Positions 1 to 12,768 of a DNA stretch of 64,000 nucleotides are shown in pieces (the first letter of the stretch is position 1; every line of letters starts with the position of its first letter). The position numbers were made by a program, and so were the translations under genes. The notes under the pieces are model-generated. The model did no database searches. It had not been told where the DNA came from and worked only from the letters and a program-made list of their open reading frames with translations. This DNA comes from Saprolegnia diclina VS20 (Eukaryota), in contig NW_008246099.1 of assembly GCF_000281045.1 (NCBI RefSeq), positions 498,514 to 562,513 of the forward strand, read 5' to 3'.

Positions 1-2786
1 GATCGCGAAGCTTGGTAGGGAAGGGCCGCGTTGTCATGCGGCATTCCCGGGCCGCAACCACAATGCGACGACTGTTGTCAAGTTGGGATTTGATTTGCCA
101 CCAATTGCGCAGCCACGGCCTGGCGAAGTAGGGATGGAGATTGCTTCTACGTATGCCAAATCTGGTCGTATGAAGATAAGGCGACAATATATGCCGGTAT
201 GGTCGTCGAAACCTGTACACCGGCTGCTAAAAACAAGAGCAAACGAAGCGCTTTTGGCTCCAGATTAGAACTCGATCATCTTCTATGACCGGTACCAGCA
301 CATCCATCATTTAAGTCTGGGACACCGCTTTCAATGTTTTCGTAATGCCAATCTGCCTTTGGGATGAACCACTGTGCAAAGGGATCGCTGGCGGTCGGCA
401 TGAGCGGTCGGTAGACTTCTTTGTACATACCGGCGAGCGAATGAAGAAGAAGGAGATTGCTAGTCTCTACGTATGCGAAGTCTTTGTGTAATTATGAAGA
501 TTCCGCGAAACACGTTCATATATATACCGATATATAATGACTTGCACATACAGTTGCAATAATGTCAACATCCGTCGGGCCGAATTCTCGTCGACTGTGG
601 AAGCTACTGCATATCCCATTTTCCGTCGGAGTAGTTGCAGAAAAGTTCGAGAAGCCAAGCGTGATTAGTGTTCTAGATGGCGATCAGATAACGTCTTGCC
701 TGGAAGATCAAATTCTTCGTTTCTGGTCAATCGTGCACCTTCTCATGTACATGGTTGGAAGGCAATACAAACATATCTCCCAGGCAAGAGTTGTGCGACT
801 TCTTAGTTGCGGCAACCCCATACCGGTAGTGCACCTCGTCCCTTCGGAAGAAACCCCAATTCTTGTTCGCCGTGCATGAATTCCTGGGGTAAGCTGTAAG
901 AAATAGAATTGATACATTCACAACCATTCATTGCCGTGTTGAGTTGGGTGCAACACATCGATTTGGCACAAAAATACGCTACGCTATGACAGCCGTCCGT
1001 TAAAGCATACGAAACGCGGATTAACATGTGTTAAAGATGTCGAATTTGTGACCGCTGATTTCAGCGGGATGTCCAAAGAATGGGTGTAAGGACTTCCACC
1101 TGGTAAAAGTTTACGTAGTATACATCGAAATGTTTGCGCAGTACAATTTGTATTAGTACACCTTTCACTACTGTACTTTGAGGTAGGGTAATGAGCGGTG
1201 AAATTATAGAAAAATATGTAATCTCACTTGCTGGTTCTGCGCGCATGAGTCATATCTCGGCTTCTTGGGTGTGTAGTGACGTGACTCCATTTGATCTCGT
1301 GAATACCACTATGTTAGTGTTGCCGACACACGTCGCCTATATAGTACGCGATGATTGGCGTGCGTCATAGCCGGGTGGCAGCAGCTTCTTTTGCTCGACT
1401 TGAGTTTCAATCCTCTCGAAACAGGAATGGTAGAATTTCATTTGCAGTACGAGCAAGGTGCCGATGTAGTGTTGATACACGAACCAATGCTAAACATGTG
1501 CCTTCGACGGAAAGTGTGTCGCTGATTCTCTTGATGCCCAAAATACTAAAGCTTTGTACGACGATCGAATCTCGACAACATCTTGCAACGGTCGCAAGTG
1601 AGCCCGCCGTTTGCACGTCGGATCGTCACGGCGGTGATTATGCGCCCATAATCTGAGACCGATCAGGGTACAGTAAGCCAATCAGCGCATGCGAAATGTG
1701 GTCTCGATCTTTGCGTCGAGCAACTCTTGTTCGTATTACATGTAGTGCTGCCGGGATAAAGGAGCGCATTACGCGGGACGGCCAATCTCTCCTTGCTCAC
1801 CTGCTTGGCCACGTGGAGATGAGCACCTGGCAATGGCACGCCACCGATCTCGCCGTAGCGTGTCGCGCGCATGTGAGCTGCCATGGTTCAGCGGGAAGAA
1901 CTCTTGCAAAGTTGCAGCATGGGCGTTATCAGCGACCCCTCCAACGCTTTCAAGAGGGAGCGATGGATGGATGACGTTTATGGCGATCGCCAACTCTGCA
2001 GCTCCACTCTGCCTGTCTGATGTACAGTTTTGGTGACAGCTGCGCGACGATCAATGATGTCTGCCCCACAAAGACGCCGCCGTTGCCATCTCTTCATCTC
2101 TTTTTCTTGCAAGCACGGCCGTGCGACACAAAGCTTGTCAATTGGGCGTCGTGCGACGCCATATGGTGATTTGGTCTTGATCTCTCTTGCAGTACGACAG
2201 TGGACTGCGGCTGATGAGGGATGGTTTGGTCTTGATCTATTTCCAATTCGATGCCCCCTTCCTTCTCATCCAACGCTCAACCCACCGCCACGGCCAGACG
2301 ACCCTTCCAACTTCAAGCTCTGCTCGCATTACAAATTAATTGTATGCCAGCTGCCACACTGTACGTCGAGTGGCGTCTCCCATGTTGCCTCGTGCACCGC
2401 GAAATGGCAACGTTGATGCCGGCGTGCCTCCCATCCTGCTCCACTCTTCCTTATACAAACCCGAGTATACTCGCATGGCGACGACAGCTGGTCGTCCGTC
2501 TGGGTTGGCTTCTTGACACGCGAATAGTGTCATCTGTTTTCGAGCGATTACGGCGCCATGATGGCTGGGCCTTTCCATTTTCCATCCAATCAAATAAGTC
2601 CAGGCACATCTTTTCAACCAATAATCACTCTCCGTTCCCAATCACTCGCTGTCGTGGGACGATGCCAGGATCGGCACCTGAGCTAAGGCCGCCCTGCAAC
2701 CGGCTATACGCGCGTGTCTCAGCGTAGCAGCGGCCAAGAATCAGAGCGAAAAGTCATTTGTGAACTTACCAAGTCGCCGACACAGC

Positions 2787-3278
2787 ATGATGTACTTCTT
2801 TCCGCAGAGCATGCTCCCGGTCATGACGACCACCGTCAAGGAAGAGCGCCCCGCCGTCTCGGGTGCGTGGTCCGAGCTTGAGCACAAGCGGTTTCTCGTC
2901 GCGCTCGAGCTGTATCCCAAGGGCCCGTGGAAGGCGATCGCAAGCTACGTCGGCACGCGCACCCCGCGCCAGACTCAGACACATGCCCAAAAGTACCGCG
3001 AGAAGCTCTTCCGCCAGATGCGTGGGCTCAAGAAGGGCCCGGGCTCCAAGGCCAAGAAAACGCAAGATGTCATGGAGGCCGTCTATAACGAGATCAAGTC
3101 GATCACGTTCGAAGCCGTCGACCCGGTCGCAATGACACCCACGGCGGCGGCAACGTCCGCTGCATCGCCTACCGACGTCACGGATGTCTCCGAGTGTCAG
3201 ATGCAGATGCTCATGCTCGACAACATGACGTTTGAAGAATCCCTCGACTACCTCATTGGGTGTGTCGAGGAAGTGTAA
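2787..3278 (+). CDS. Myb-like DNA-binding protein, SHAQKYF class (single repeat)
   Basis: GAWSELEHKRFLVALELYPKGPWKAIASYVGTRTPRQTQTHAQKY; ATG at 2787 preceded by an initiator-like GTCATTT at 2753. Confidence 0.9.
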   Translation: MMYFFPQSMLPVMTTTVKEERPAVSGAWSELEHKRFLVALELYPKGPWKAIASYVGTRTPRQTQTHAQKYREKLFRQMRGLKKGPGSKAKKTQDVMEAVYNEIKSITFEAVDPVAMTPTAAATSAASPTDVTDVSECQMQMLMLDNMTFEESLDYLIGCVEEV

Positions 3279-3396
3279 TCGCCGACGACGTCAATCATGG
3301 AAGCCTATTTATCCCGATAGAAAGACAGTGTGTCGTCGTCGTCTTAGTTGTCGAACTTGAATGTATTTACATTTTATGAAAGACCTGTAGTGGACC

Positions 3397-4403
3397 TTAA
3401 TCCCACCGCCGCTGCACAGCCACGCAGCGCGCAACGCCGCAAAGGTCGAACACGATGCGTGGCGCGGACCAGGCTGGCGTGCCTTCAAAGAGCGACGCTA
3501 CCGTGCCGGCTTGGGTAAACCCGACTTCAAGGAGCACGTCGCCACCGGGTGCGACAAGGGGAGGAAGCCTCGGAATCAGAGCCTCGTACACGGCCAAACC
3601 GTTGTTGTCCGCAAAGAGTGCCGAGTGGGGTTCGTACGCCGCCACTACACATCCATAGTGGAGCTATCCGCTACCTCATATATCTGGCATGTCGTGTACC
3701 GTGGTCATCCATGACATCGACTTCACTGAGAGCAATGTATGGTGGGTTGCACAACACAACGTCGAAGTCTTCGTACAACTCCAAGGTGGTCATGTCGTGT
3801 TCCATAAAACGCGCTCGGGCGGCAACGCCAAGCGCAACAGCATTGGATGACGCGACGTCCAGCGCCGCTGCCGAGACGTCGACACCCAGGCCCGTCGCGC
3901 GCGGGTACTCGGTCAACGCTGCGACCAAGAGACAACCGCTGCCGGTGCCAAGGTCCAGTACGCGCAACGCTTCGCCTTTGTCTTGCCGGTGTTGCTACAA
4001 CATCCATTTTACGTCCGTTGTCATCGTCGAACGTACGAGCATGATATCCAGTAGCCGCTCCGTTTCGGGTCTCGGAATGAGCGTCGCCGGCGTAACCCTG
4101 AACGGCAAGGACCAAAACTCCTTCGTGCCGAGAACGTAGGCCAGCGGCTCGCCCTTCAGACGACGCGCAGCCAATGCATCGACAGACGACCATTGCGCTT
4201 CGCTTAGCTACACGCCAACGACGATGAGCCGCGTCGCTCCAGGAGCAACTTCGCACCGGCGTCGTCGGCGCCGACACCATGCCTTCGATAGTCATCGGTG
4301 GATCGAACGCGTAGCGCACGAGAGCACTTGCATCGAGGCGCGGAAGCCCGCGCGCCATGAGCTGCTGGCGCGCAGCCACCACCGTGGTGCACCAGCGCTT
4401 CAT
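3397..4403 (-). CDS. prmC: Release factor glutamine N5-methyltransferase (HemK/PrmC family), several short introns
   Basis: Spliced product contains RRLKGEPLAYVLGTKEFW, LIPRPETE, SAM-binding VLDLGTGSG, NPPY and YEPHSALFA. Confidence 0.9.
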
Positions 4404-4497
4404 TGTCCGGATAAATGACTGTCATATCCGGTTCTCCGACGGCGGGTGGGTGCGACAGGCGTGGTGCATGATCGGCTTACGAAACACGGAGCGGTCG

Positions 4498-4575
4498 TTG
4501 AAGTGCCGAAAAGATCAAGCGTGAGCGAGAAGCTTGAAGTGCCGAAAAGATCAAGCGTGAGCGAGAAGCTTGAAG
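4498..4575. repeat. Perfect 36-bp tandem duplication (2 copies plus 6 bp)
   Basis: TTGAAGTGCCGAAAAGATCAAGCGTGAGCGAGAAGC at 4498-4533 and 4534-4569, followed by TTGAAG. Confidence 0.95.
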
Positions 4576-5040
4576 GTGGCACGGAGAAATATCAAGCCCA
4601 CTACGACTGCAACCAAGCTCGGTCCGCCGGCGTGTCTTGTCGCGTTTGGCCGCAACAGCTTCCGTTCGCAGTGGACACGCGTGCGTGCCCCCGAGTTGGT
4701 TGCCCCTCTGCAAAAGTGAAGGGGAAATTGACAAATCTGGGTGTGTTGCGCCAAAACAGGAATTTTGAAGTTCCCGGCAGGGTATTTGGGGTTGTGTGAC
4801 AAGGTTGGCGCAGGGAAGGGAGGTTGAAGGTTTGTTGCACAGGTATTATTGTTTGCGAATAAGGAGGCGTAGAAGGACAGGGGCACGTCTCGACGCCATA
4901 GCGTGCCTCAGAGCTGTGCCACAGCATAGTAAAACCACGTCTATGTATTTTTATGCAATTTACCCAGTTTTGGTTGAATTGGCGCCATCGTTCACCCAGT
5001 TTGGTCATTTTCCCAAGTGGCAAATAGATTGGCACAAAAT

Positions 5041-8000
5041 CTATGACTCGATCGCGGCCATTTGGCGCGCCACGAGCGCCTTGTAGATGCCGCCGACGGC
5101 CATGAGTTGGTCGTGCGTACCTTGTTCGACGATGCGGCCCTCGTGCGCGACGGCAATCTTGTCTGCGTCGCGGATCGTCGTGAGGCGGTGGGCCACAATC
5201 ACGGTCGTGCGCTTCTTCATTTTCAGAAGCGCGTCGAGTGACGCTTGCACGATGCGCTCGCTCTCGTTGTCGAGCGCACTTGTGGCTTCGTCCAGCAGCA
5301 AGACCTCTGGGTCCCTCAGAATGGCGCGCGCAATGGCAATGCGCTGCTTCTGGCCGCCCGACACTTGCACACCGCGATCGCCGACGTGCGTGTGGTATCC
5401 GTCGGGAAACTTGGAGATGAACTCGTGGGCGTTGGCCATCTTAGCAGCAGCTTCGACATCGTCCATGCTCGCTCCCGGCTTGCCCGTCAAGATGTTGTCA
5501 GCAATCGTGCCCGTAAAGAGCACAGGCTCTTGCCCAACGAGTGAAATGTGCTCGCGGAGCCAACTAAGATTCAGCTCGTGGAGGTCCACGCCATCAAGAA
5601 GCACGCGGCCGGCCAGCGGATCGTAGAAGCGCTCGATGAGTCCGATGGCCGTGCTCTTGCCACTGCCGCTCGCGCCAACGAGCGCGACCGTCGTACCGGC
5701 CTCGATCACGAGGTTGTAGTCGACATACACGCGCGAGTCGGGCCGCGCAGGGTACGCAAACTGAACGCTTTCAAATGTGATCGTGCCCACGACGTGGTCC
5801 AGTGTCCGCCCGGTCGTCGACATGGCATCGATCTTGGGTATGCGGTCGATGAGCGAGAAAACGTTCGAGGCGGCGCGTGCGACCTTGCCGCGCTCGGCGA
5901 GACTCTGCGCCGCCTGCCCGACGCCAAAGCTGCTCATCATGATGGCCATGAGCACCATGAACATCTGCTCGAACGTGATGATGCCGTGCGAGATCATGTA
6001 GCCGCCGATGTAGAAGAGGAAGGCCATCGCGAAGAACATCATGCTTTGGGCAACACCAAAGACGAGACCACCGATAAGCGCAGCCCGCTGGTCAGCTTTG
6101 ATGGCGACGGCGACGTGCTTGCAGTATGTGGCTGCGATGGTAGACTCGAGGTTGAACGACGCGACGGTGCGAATCGAGTTGATTGTTTCCGAGAGGAGTG
6201 CACCGGCAAGAACGTCGCCAGGATTCTCCTTGGTTTCATCGGATTGCATTGACTTGGCGCGCATCTTGCTCGCAAACGCGAGCATCGGGAAGACAGCGAG
6301 GAGCGCGAGCGTCATTTGCCAGCTGTAGTAGAACGCGATCGCAAAGGCCGTGAGGAGGCACACCGCCATGTTGAGCACGTTCTTGAGGAGGTCGGCGGAG
6401 ATCTTTTGCATCATGGCGCAGTCGGTCGAGAGGCCGGTTGTGAGCGCCCCGGACGAGTGTTCTGGCAGGTCGTACCATCCAACCTCTTGGCGCAGCATGG
6501 CCGCAAAACCCATCGCTCGGATGCGCGTTGTGAGGCGCTCCGAAACGACGCTAAAGCCATAGTCCTGCGCGATCTTCCCAGATGCGTAAGCGGCACCAAG
6601 GATCAAGAAGTAGCATCCCCAGTGCCAACCCCGCGTCTTCATTTCGTCAGCCGTCAGCTTGAAGTCGAAGAAGAGCACAATACACTTGGACAAGAGCACG
6701 CCCCAGACTGGAAACGTCGCACCCGAGATGACCGATCCAATGCAGCCGAGAATCGTATAGTGTAGCTCCGGCTGGCTTAGGGCCCAGATGCGTGAAGCAG
6801 GCACCTCGTACAACTTGGTCGACGGCAGCTCCTCGGCGGAAGCCACTGGTGTTGACTTCGCGGGAGTTGAGGGGGACACCACGGACGAACCAACGGTCGC
6901 AACGTCGTCGTTCTCTTCCGCAAAACCCATCACGCCGCTCGTTCGCTTCGCTGGGCTTTTCCGCGACTGGGCTTCGACAAGCATGCGGTACTGACCGTTC
7001 TCGAGGCGCATGAGCTCGTCGTGGGACCCTTGCTCGACAACGCGGCCAGTGTCCAAGACGACAATACGGTCGGCGTCACGGACCGTGGCCAGTCGGTGCG
7101 CAATAATGATTGTCGTGCGCTTTCGCGCTTCGAGGAGCTTGTCGAGCGATTCCTGCACGATGCCCTCACTTTCCGTGTCAAGCGCGGACGTTGCTTCGTC
7201 CAGGAGAAGCACCGCTGGATTCTTGATGATTGCTCGGGCTATCGCGATGCGTTGTTTCTACATAAACAAACAGATGAAGAGTGCTCTCTCACTGAAGCTG
7301 GGGCACCTGACCGCCCGAGAGCTGCGTGCCGCGCTCGCCGACCATCGTATCAAAGCCAAGAGGAAAGCTCTTGATAAAGTCGAACGCGTTGGCTTGGCGC
7401 GCAGCGTCGTGGATCTCATCGAGCGTCGCCCCCGGCTTGCCGTGGCCAATGTTGTTGGCGATTGTATCTGCGAACAAGCATGGCTCTTGGCCGACGAGGC
7501 CTATTTGCGACCGCAGCCAACGCGTGTTGAGCTCTCGCAAGTCGACGCCATCGAGTTTCACGACACCAGAGACTGGGTCGTAGAAACGCTCGACGAGCGA
7601 CACGATTGTACTCTTGCCCGACCCGCTCGGACCCACGAGCGCGACCTTCTCGCCCGCGCGAATGTCCAAGCTGTATCCGTTGCACACTTGAATTTCGGGG
7701 CGGTTGGGGTACACAAATTCAATGTTTTCGAGCGTAATCTGACCATCAACGTGGTCGAGTCGTCGGCCCGTCGTTGCCATCGGGTCGATCGCCGACGCCC
7801 GGTCCATGATGGCGTAAGCGTCAAAGGCCGCTGCGCGCGCCGACGCGGTCGCTTCGATCGATGGACCAGCTTGGCCAAGAGCCATGGCGCCCATGATAAC
7901 ACCAAAAAAGACGATGAGGACGCGCCCCCCGTCGTAGCAGTCGTTCGTGCACTTTGGAGTTTCCAGGTTGTCGTTGGCTACCAAGACTGCGCCGTACGAG

Positions 8001-8988
8001 ATGGCGACCGTGTACGTGACGAAAATCATGCAAAAGGTAAAGCCGCCGCTAACGCCCGACATGAGGCCCTTCTGGATGCCTGCGGCCTCGGCCTCGACGA
8101 GCGCATGGTCGTACTTTTTGGCTGTCGCGGCCATCGAGTTGAACATGTGCACCGTGCGAATGTTGCTGAGCGCTTCTTCGGCGACGGCGCCGGCAGCGCC
8201 GTAGGCTTTGATCGCGCGCTGGACCGCGGCCGCGACCGTCTTAACCATTGTAAAGATGCCCGTCGCCAAGAGCGGGAGGAAGGCAAGGACGACGAGCGAG
8301 AGCTTCCAGCCCGACTTGAAACCGATCGCGATGCCGCACACAAACATGGCGAAAAAGTTGAATCCGTCGCCCACCTTGCGCCCGATGCCGTCCTGAATAA
8401 GGAGGATCGTCTCCGTAACCTTGCTCGAGAGCGTCTGCGGGTTGTTGACGTCGAACCAGCCGATCTCTTGCTTGAGGATACCGTCAATGTAGCACGCGCG
8501 GAGCCGCTGCGCCTGGCGCGACGATGTGTAGCTCCAGCAAGCAACTTGACCAAAGCCGCAAATGATGACACCGACGCCCATGCCCACAAACGTGAGGCAG
8601 ATCGTCGTAACTTGGTTTAGCATGTCGCTGGTCTACATACACGGAATGATCAGTCACGTCATGGATTGCATTTGAGCTGTACGCCAGTGGGGTTGAAGGC
8701 CGATACCACACCGCCGAAGAGAAGGATGCGAAGTGGCTGCGCGCAGCCCGTGGCTGTCGCACAGAGCGTACCGACGACCATAAGGCCCTTGTCGGTTGGG
8801 TCCGCGAACCGAAAGAGCTGCGAAAATGAGACCGACTCTCCCGGCTTGCGCTTTGGTTTCACAGCTTTCTTGCTCGACGGCGATGGTGGCGGCGATGCGA
8901 CGCCTCCCGCCTTTGGCGTGGCTGCCAGCACGTAGCCGGGCTCAGGTGCTGGCGTCGGGTCCGAGTTGCGCATGTGCACCTTGACCAT
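5041..8988 (-). CDS. ABCB1: Full-length ABCB/MDR (P-glycoprotein-type) transporter, TMD-NBD-TMD-NBD, 2 introns (~8633-8680, ~7258-7307)
   Basis: N-terminal SFSQLFRFAD; Walker A GPSGSGKST and GASGSGKST; signatures LSGGQ|KQRIAIARA and VSGGQKQRIAIARA; Walker B LLLDEATSALD twice. Confidence 0.95.
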
Positions 8989-10454
8989 GCGACTACAGAT
9001 CGGAAGTGAACGTGTCTGAACTCACGGAAAGGGATGCTAAAGATAGCGACCAGCACAAATCGAGTTTGTGCTTGGCGCCAGGCCCAGCACTTGGGTTGAA
9101 CAACGGCCATGCTAAGAATAAAGTCTTTCTGGGTTTTGGTTTCTTGGATCATTTGATGCTGTCGGTTCATGATGCGGAAGCCACCTTGCCCACTCGATGT
9201 GCTTTCTCGACGGACTGAGCTCGCTCAGGTGCTGGCAACAGAAAGATTGCGCAAGGGATGCGATCCTCGCGCGAGATCACCGTTGTTATGACGCTGCAGC
9301 GTCAGTGTTATCGTCCGATGACCTGCTTCAATTCAACGAATTACGAAAGCAAGCTGCACCGCACAATTGGCATTCTTCGCACAATGCAGCACCTTTCTGT
9401 GAGTTCTTTCGAGCACGATCTTTCAACAGCAGCGAGAATACATCTTGCCTCAAAAAGGCAAAAACAAGATATTTGGAGTATACCATAATAAACTCAAGGT
9501 GTATGAGATTCAAGAGAGGCAACGCAAGAGAGCAAAGTGAAGTGTGTATTCGTGATATGTACCAGGTAGTGGACGACTCGGAGCTTGCCAAAGCATCGGT
9601 GCCATCCGGATACGGCGGAAAGAAGGCCCACCAATCTCATCTCCTCGCGAACGAAAGAGGCTATCGCTATCGAGGCTTGAGCCTACCGACATGCACCTGG
9701 AAGCACCGTCAAATGGCATCAATTTTGTCGTCAAGCGAATGGCCAAATTTTTGTCGACGCATTTGTGGCTTGCCATCGAGTTGCAACCCAGAAGCCCTGC
9801 GAGGGCACAGCGCGGCAACTATGCTCGGAATTCGGTACCAAGGCGTGGCGGCGCAAGGGTCTCGCGAAGGAGACCGTTGTTATTGAATGGAGTTATTACA
9901 TGCAATTATAAAGATATGGCGGACTCCTAATGCGCTCGTGAAGCAAAGTCGGTGCGTCAAGCGAGGAGCGTTACTGTAGTGGTTGCGATTCGGAGTTGTG
10001 CGAGGGACAAGGTGGTGCGCACATCAAGGGTTGTCTCGAAGAGCGTTCAGCCACTCGCCAAGCGATGGCACCACAGCACGACGAGCCAAGTGCCGGATAT
10101 TGTGATAGTAGCTGGCTTGACCGGGAGCGCAGCAGCGGGAAGTTTTGTCAGCGTCGTGCGGAAGACAATACCAGACGCAGGGGTGCAAGATCAGCCAGAG
10201 GGTGTGCCGCCGCGCCGTACTAGAGAAAGCCAGCGACTGACGACAGGTGTTGCATCTTCCAAATATCCCGCATCGGTCCAAAAGCGCGCCAGATCGCGCG
10301 GACGTATGGCCAGCGCACCAACGCGAACCAAATTGTTCTTACGGTGAACAACGAACGAATTGGGTCGTTGTGCTCAATAGACGTTACCTACAGTCAGACC
10401 AGATTAGTCCGGCTCGCTCGCTTCGGCTTGCTCGGCTTCGCGAATGGCAAGACA

Positions 10455-10472
10455 ATATATATATATATATAT
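10455..10472. repeat. (AT)9 microsatellite
   Basis: atatatatatatatatat read directly. Confidence 0.9.
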
Positions 10473-10804
10473 GAACGTGTTCCGCGTTATCTTCATTATG
10501 ACACAAAGACTTCGCATACGTAGCGCTACGCCTGAATGCGTGGGAGTTGGCTCCAGCACTTGGTCGTTGGGACCGAGCGGCGCACGAAGAGATCCATCCC
10601 GTGGTGGACCCCACTCGCCGAGTCATAGCTCGCGCGAGGTCAAGACAATGGGGCACTAAACAAGGGGCTCGCATCGTGGGCTCGCATAGGTGTCACCAAC
10701 ACAGTATTTCGTGATGAGAGGAAGGCTTCATTTTTTGGGGTTTTAAATAGTCGGTGGTCACAACATGGAGGAGGTTCATAGTTCATGCACATTAGAGTGC
10801 GTCC

Positions 10805-11065
10805 TTAGAAGGAAGCCAGACACGGCATGGTCGCGGCAAAGGCTTCAACTTCGAGGAGCTTGCGCATAGGGCGCTGCTGAAGGGCCTTCTTTGTCTTCTG
10901 GAGGTCGCGGACTTGCGTCTGGAGCGCGTTGCGGGGTGGCATGACCTGCGGCTTGGCCTTATTGAGGCCGCGGGCCTTGGGTGCAGCACGGCGCGTCGTC
11001 GAAGGGCGGCGTTGGGCCTTGGCGACGGACGCCTCGCACCACGAGTAGCTGGTCGTCGACATCAT
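10805..11065 (-). CDS. Small basic hypothetical protein (~86 aa)
   Basis: GC-rich coding-like island in a lower-GC background; ORF MMSTTSYSWCEAS...MPCLASF; pyrimidine-rich promoter-like TTACTTTTCAATTTGC just upstream; no recognisable domain. Confidence 0.5.
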   Translation of the reverse strand: MMSTTSYSWCEASVAKAQRRPSTTRRAAPKARGLNKAKPQVMPPRNALQTQVRDLQKTKKALQQRPMRKLLEVEAFAATMPCLASF

Positions 11066-12042
11066 ATCTCCCTTGCTTCCTTCGGACTCGGCAAATTGAA
11101 AAGTAAGAGGAACGTGGCGCATGCAGCTTTCGCTCAGGTGTATAGTACAAGTGAATTAAACACCATTACAGTCGGCGCATCTCCCACATTCAAAACGCTG
11201 TTAAGTTGGCCCTGCGCGATGTTTTCATAATTAAGGTCTTGCTATTTCGCTGCTAAGTCGTGCTGGACATTCGCAGCTTCTTGAAGAACGACTGCATTTT
11301 GTGTTGGGGTGAGTTGGACCGCGCCATCTTGCCACGGTGGACAGCGCGTCGTCGGCAAGACAGCGGTTGTAATGCGCTGGTCTTTGATCCCGACGCTGCG
11401 TCGACGCTTTGGACGACTTGATACTGCATTTGCCGTCTGCTTAGCACTCGCCATTTGTTGCATATCTTGCATTTCTGGACTTTTCGGTCGAGTTTGTGGA
11501 CTGGCAAGGGCTGCCGACCAGGTTTCGAGGCAGCGACCGCTGGACGCATCCACGCGACACGATCGAGGACCTGAGCCAAAGTATCGGCGACACATCGCGG
11601 CATCTGCCTCGGATTGTTTTTCGCTTGTCCTGCGTGTCTTGGCGGCGGAACAAAGACGAACGCCAGAGTGCATGACTGCACGTCCCACGTGTCTCCTGTC
11701 AGGCGCTGTATTAAACACAAGACATCATATTAAGTTTTAAACATATGGGCCTTGTTCAGTATTCCTCCGTGCTGCGTTCGTTCGAATCTTCCACTCGTTC
11801 GTGGTGCGGATTGGCTGCGGGAATTTTTTTGTCAACCAATCAACGCGCGCAAGACGTTTCGGTGTTTCAATTGGCCAATCAAAGTGTTCTTGTAGGATCG
11901 CCTGCGCCAATGAGCAGCCAGCACGAGTGGAAAGGATCTCAGCTTCGATATCCAAGGGCGATGTCGCATGATGGTCGCATACCCTGGTCATATCGCGATG
12001 GACGAAGCCATTCCTTAACTGGCACCAGCAACTACGAGCAGC

Positions 12043-12648
12043 ATGGCCGATGAGAAGCGCATCTCCTCGTATGCTGCGCCTTGGCACATGCTCCGGGAAG
12101 CCATGTCCCGCTTCACCGCCAACGTCGAAGATGTCGTTGACCGCGTCGTGATGGCGCTTCGAGCTTCGGCACCAGCACCCACCGCAGCCTTTACACCGCG
12201 TCGCATACTACTGCCGTCGGGGCGCGACGCCACTGAGCTTCTGCATACCCGGCGCCGGTCGTGCGTATTTGCGTCCATCGCCGACAATTGGGACAGCGAG
12301 GATGAGACGGATGGCAGTGAAGATGCCTTCTCGATGGACTGCGACGCACTCTGCGACGACGAAGACGAAGATGTCGACATGGCGTTCTCAATATCCGAAC
12401 ACATGGAGCGTGCTCACGCCGCCCGGGTGCTCCAGCGGACGTACCGCCTTTGGCGACGACGCGCCGCCAAGCGCCGTGACCAGTCGATGGTCGTCGTCCG
12501 CGGACCGTCCCCTCGCCCACTGAAGCGAAAGCGGTCTGAAGGTTTTGCGGCGCCGAGCGACTTTGTGTGGCGCAGCCGTGCGATTGCGCAAAAGCTCCTC
12601 GAGCCGACCGACAAGCAGCGATTCAGGGCGCTCATGTCGACGTCGTAG
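12043..12648 (+). CDS. Hypothetical protein (201 aa) with acidic tract and IQ-like motif
   Basis: Uninterrupted ORF with coding-like composition; AARVLQRTYRLWRRR resembles IQxxxRxxxxR; initiator-like GCCATTCC at ~12008. Confidence 0.65.
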   Translation: MADEKRISSYAAPWHMLREAMSRFTANVEDVVDRVVMALRASAPAPTAAFTPRRILLPSGRDATELLHTRRRSCVFASIADNWDSEDETDGSEDAFSMDCDALCDDEDEDVDMAFSISEHMERAHAARVLQRTYRLWRRRAAKRRDQSMVVVRGPSPRPLKRKRSEGFAAPSDFVWRSRAIAQKLLEPTDKQRFRALMSTS

Positions 12649-12768
12649 TCGTCCCTCCGTGCTTTGTACGTCAAACTATAATAGAGCGTTCCGTGTACTA
12701 GTAGTATTCACGACGATTCTAACGCGACGCATCCACCGATTTCCGCGTTCTCGCTGGCCGCAGTACTA

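Noticed and set aside
4498..4575. 36-bp repeat as a CRISPR array
   Set aside because: Two abutting copies with no spacers, eukaryotic context, no cas genes.
9197..9886. 229-aa plus-strand ORF
   Set aside because: Non-ATG start, lower-GC atypical composition, no recognisable domain.
11253..11720. ORF containing VQKCKICNKWRVL, resembling a CW zinc finger
   Set aside because: Only half of the motif, no good start or coding bias; it lies in a probable promoter spacer.
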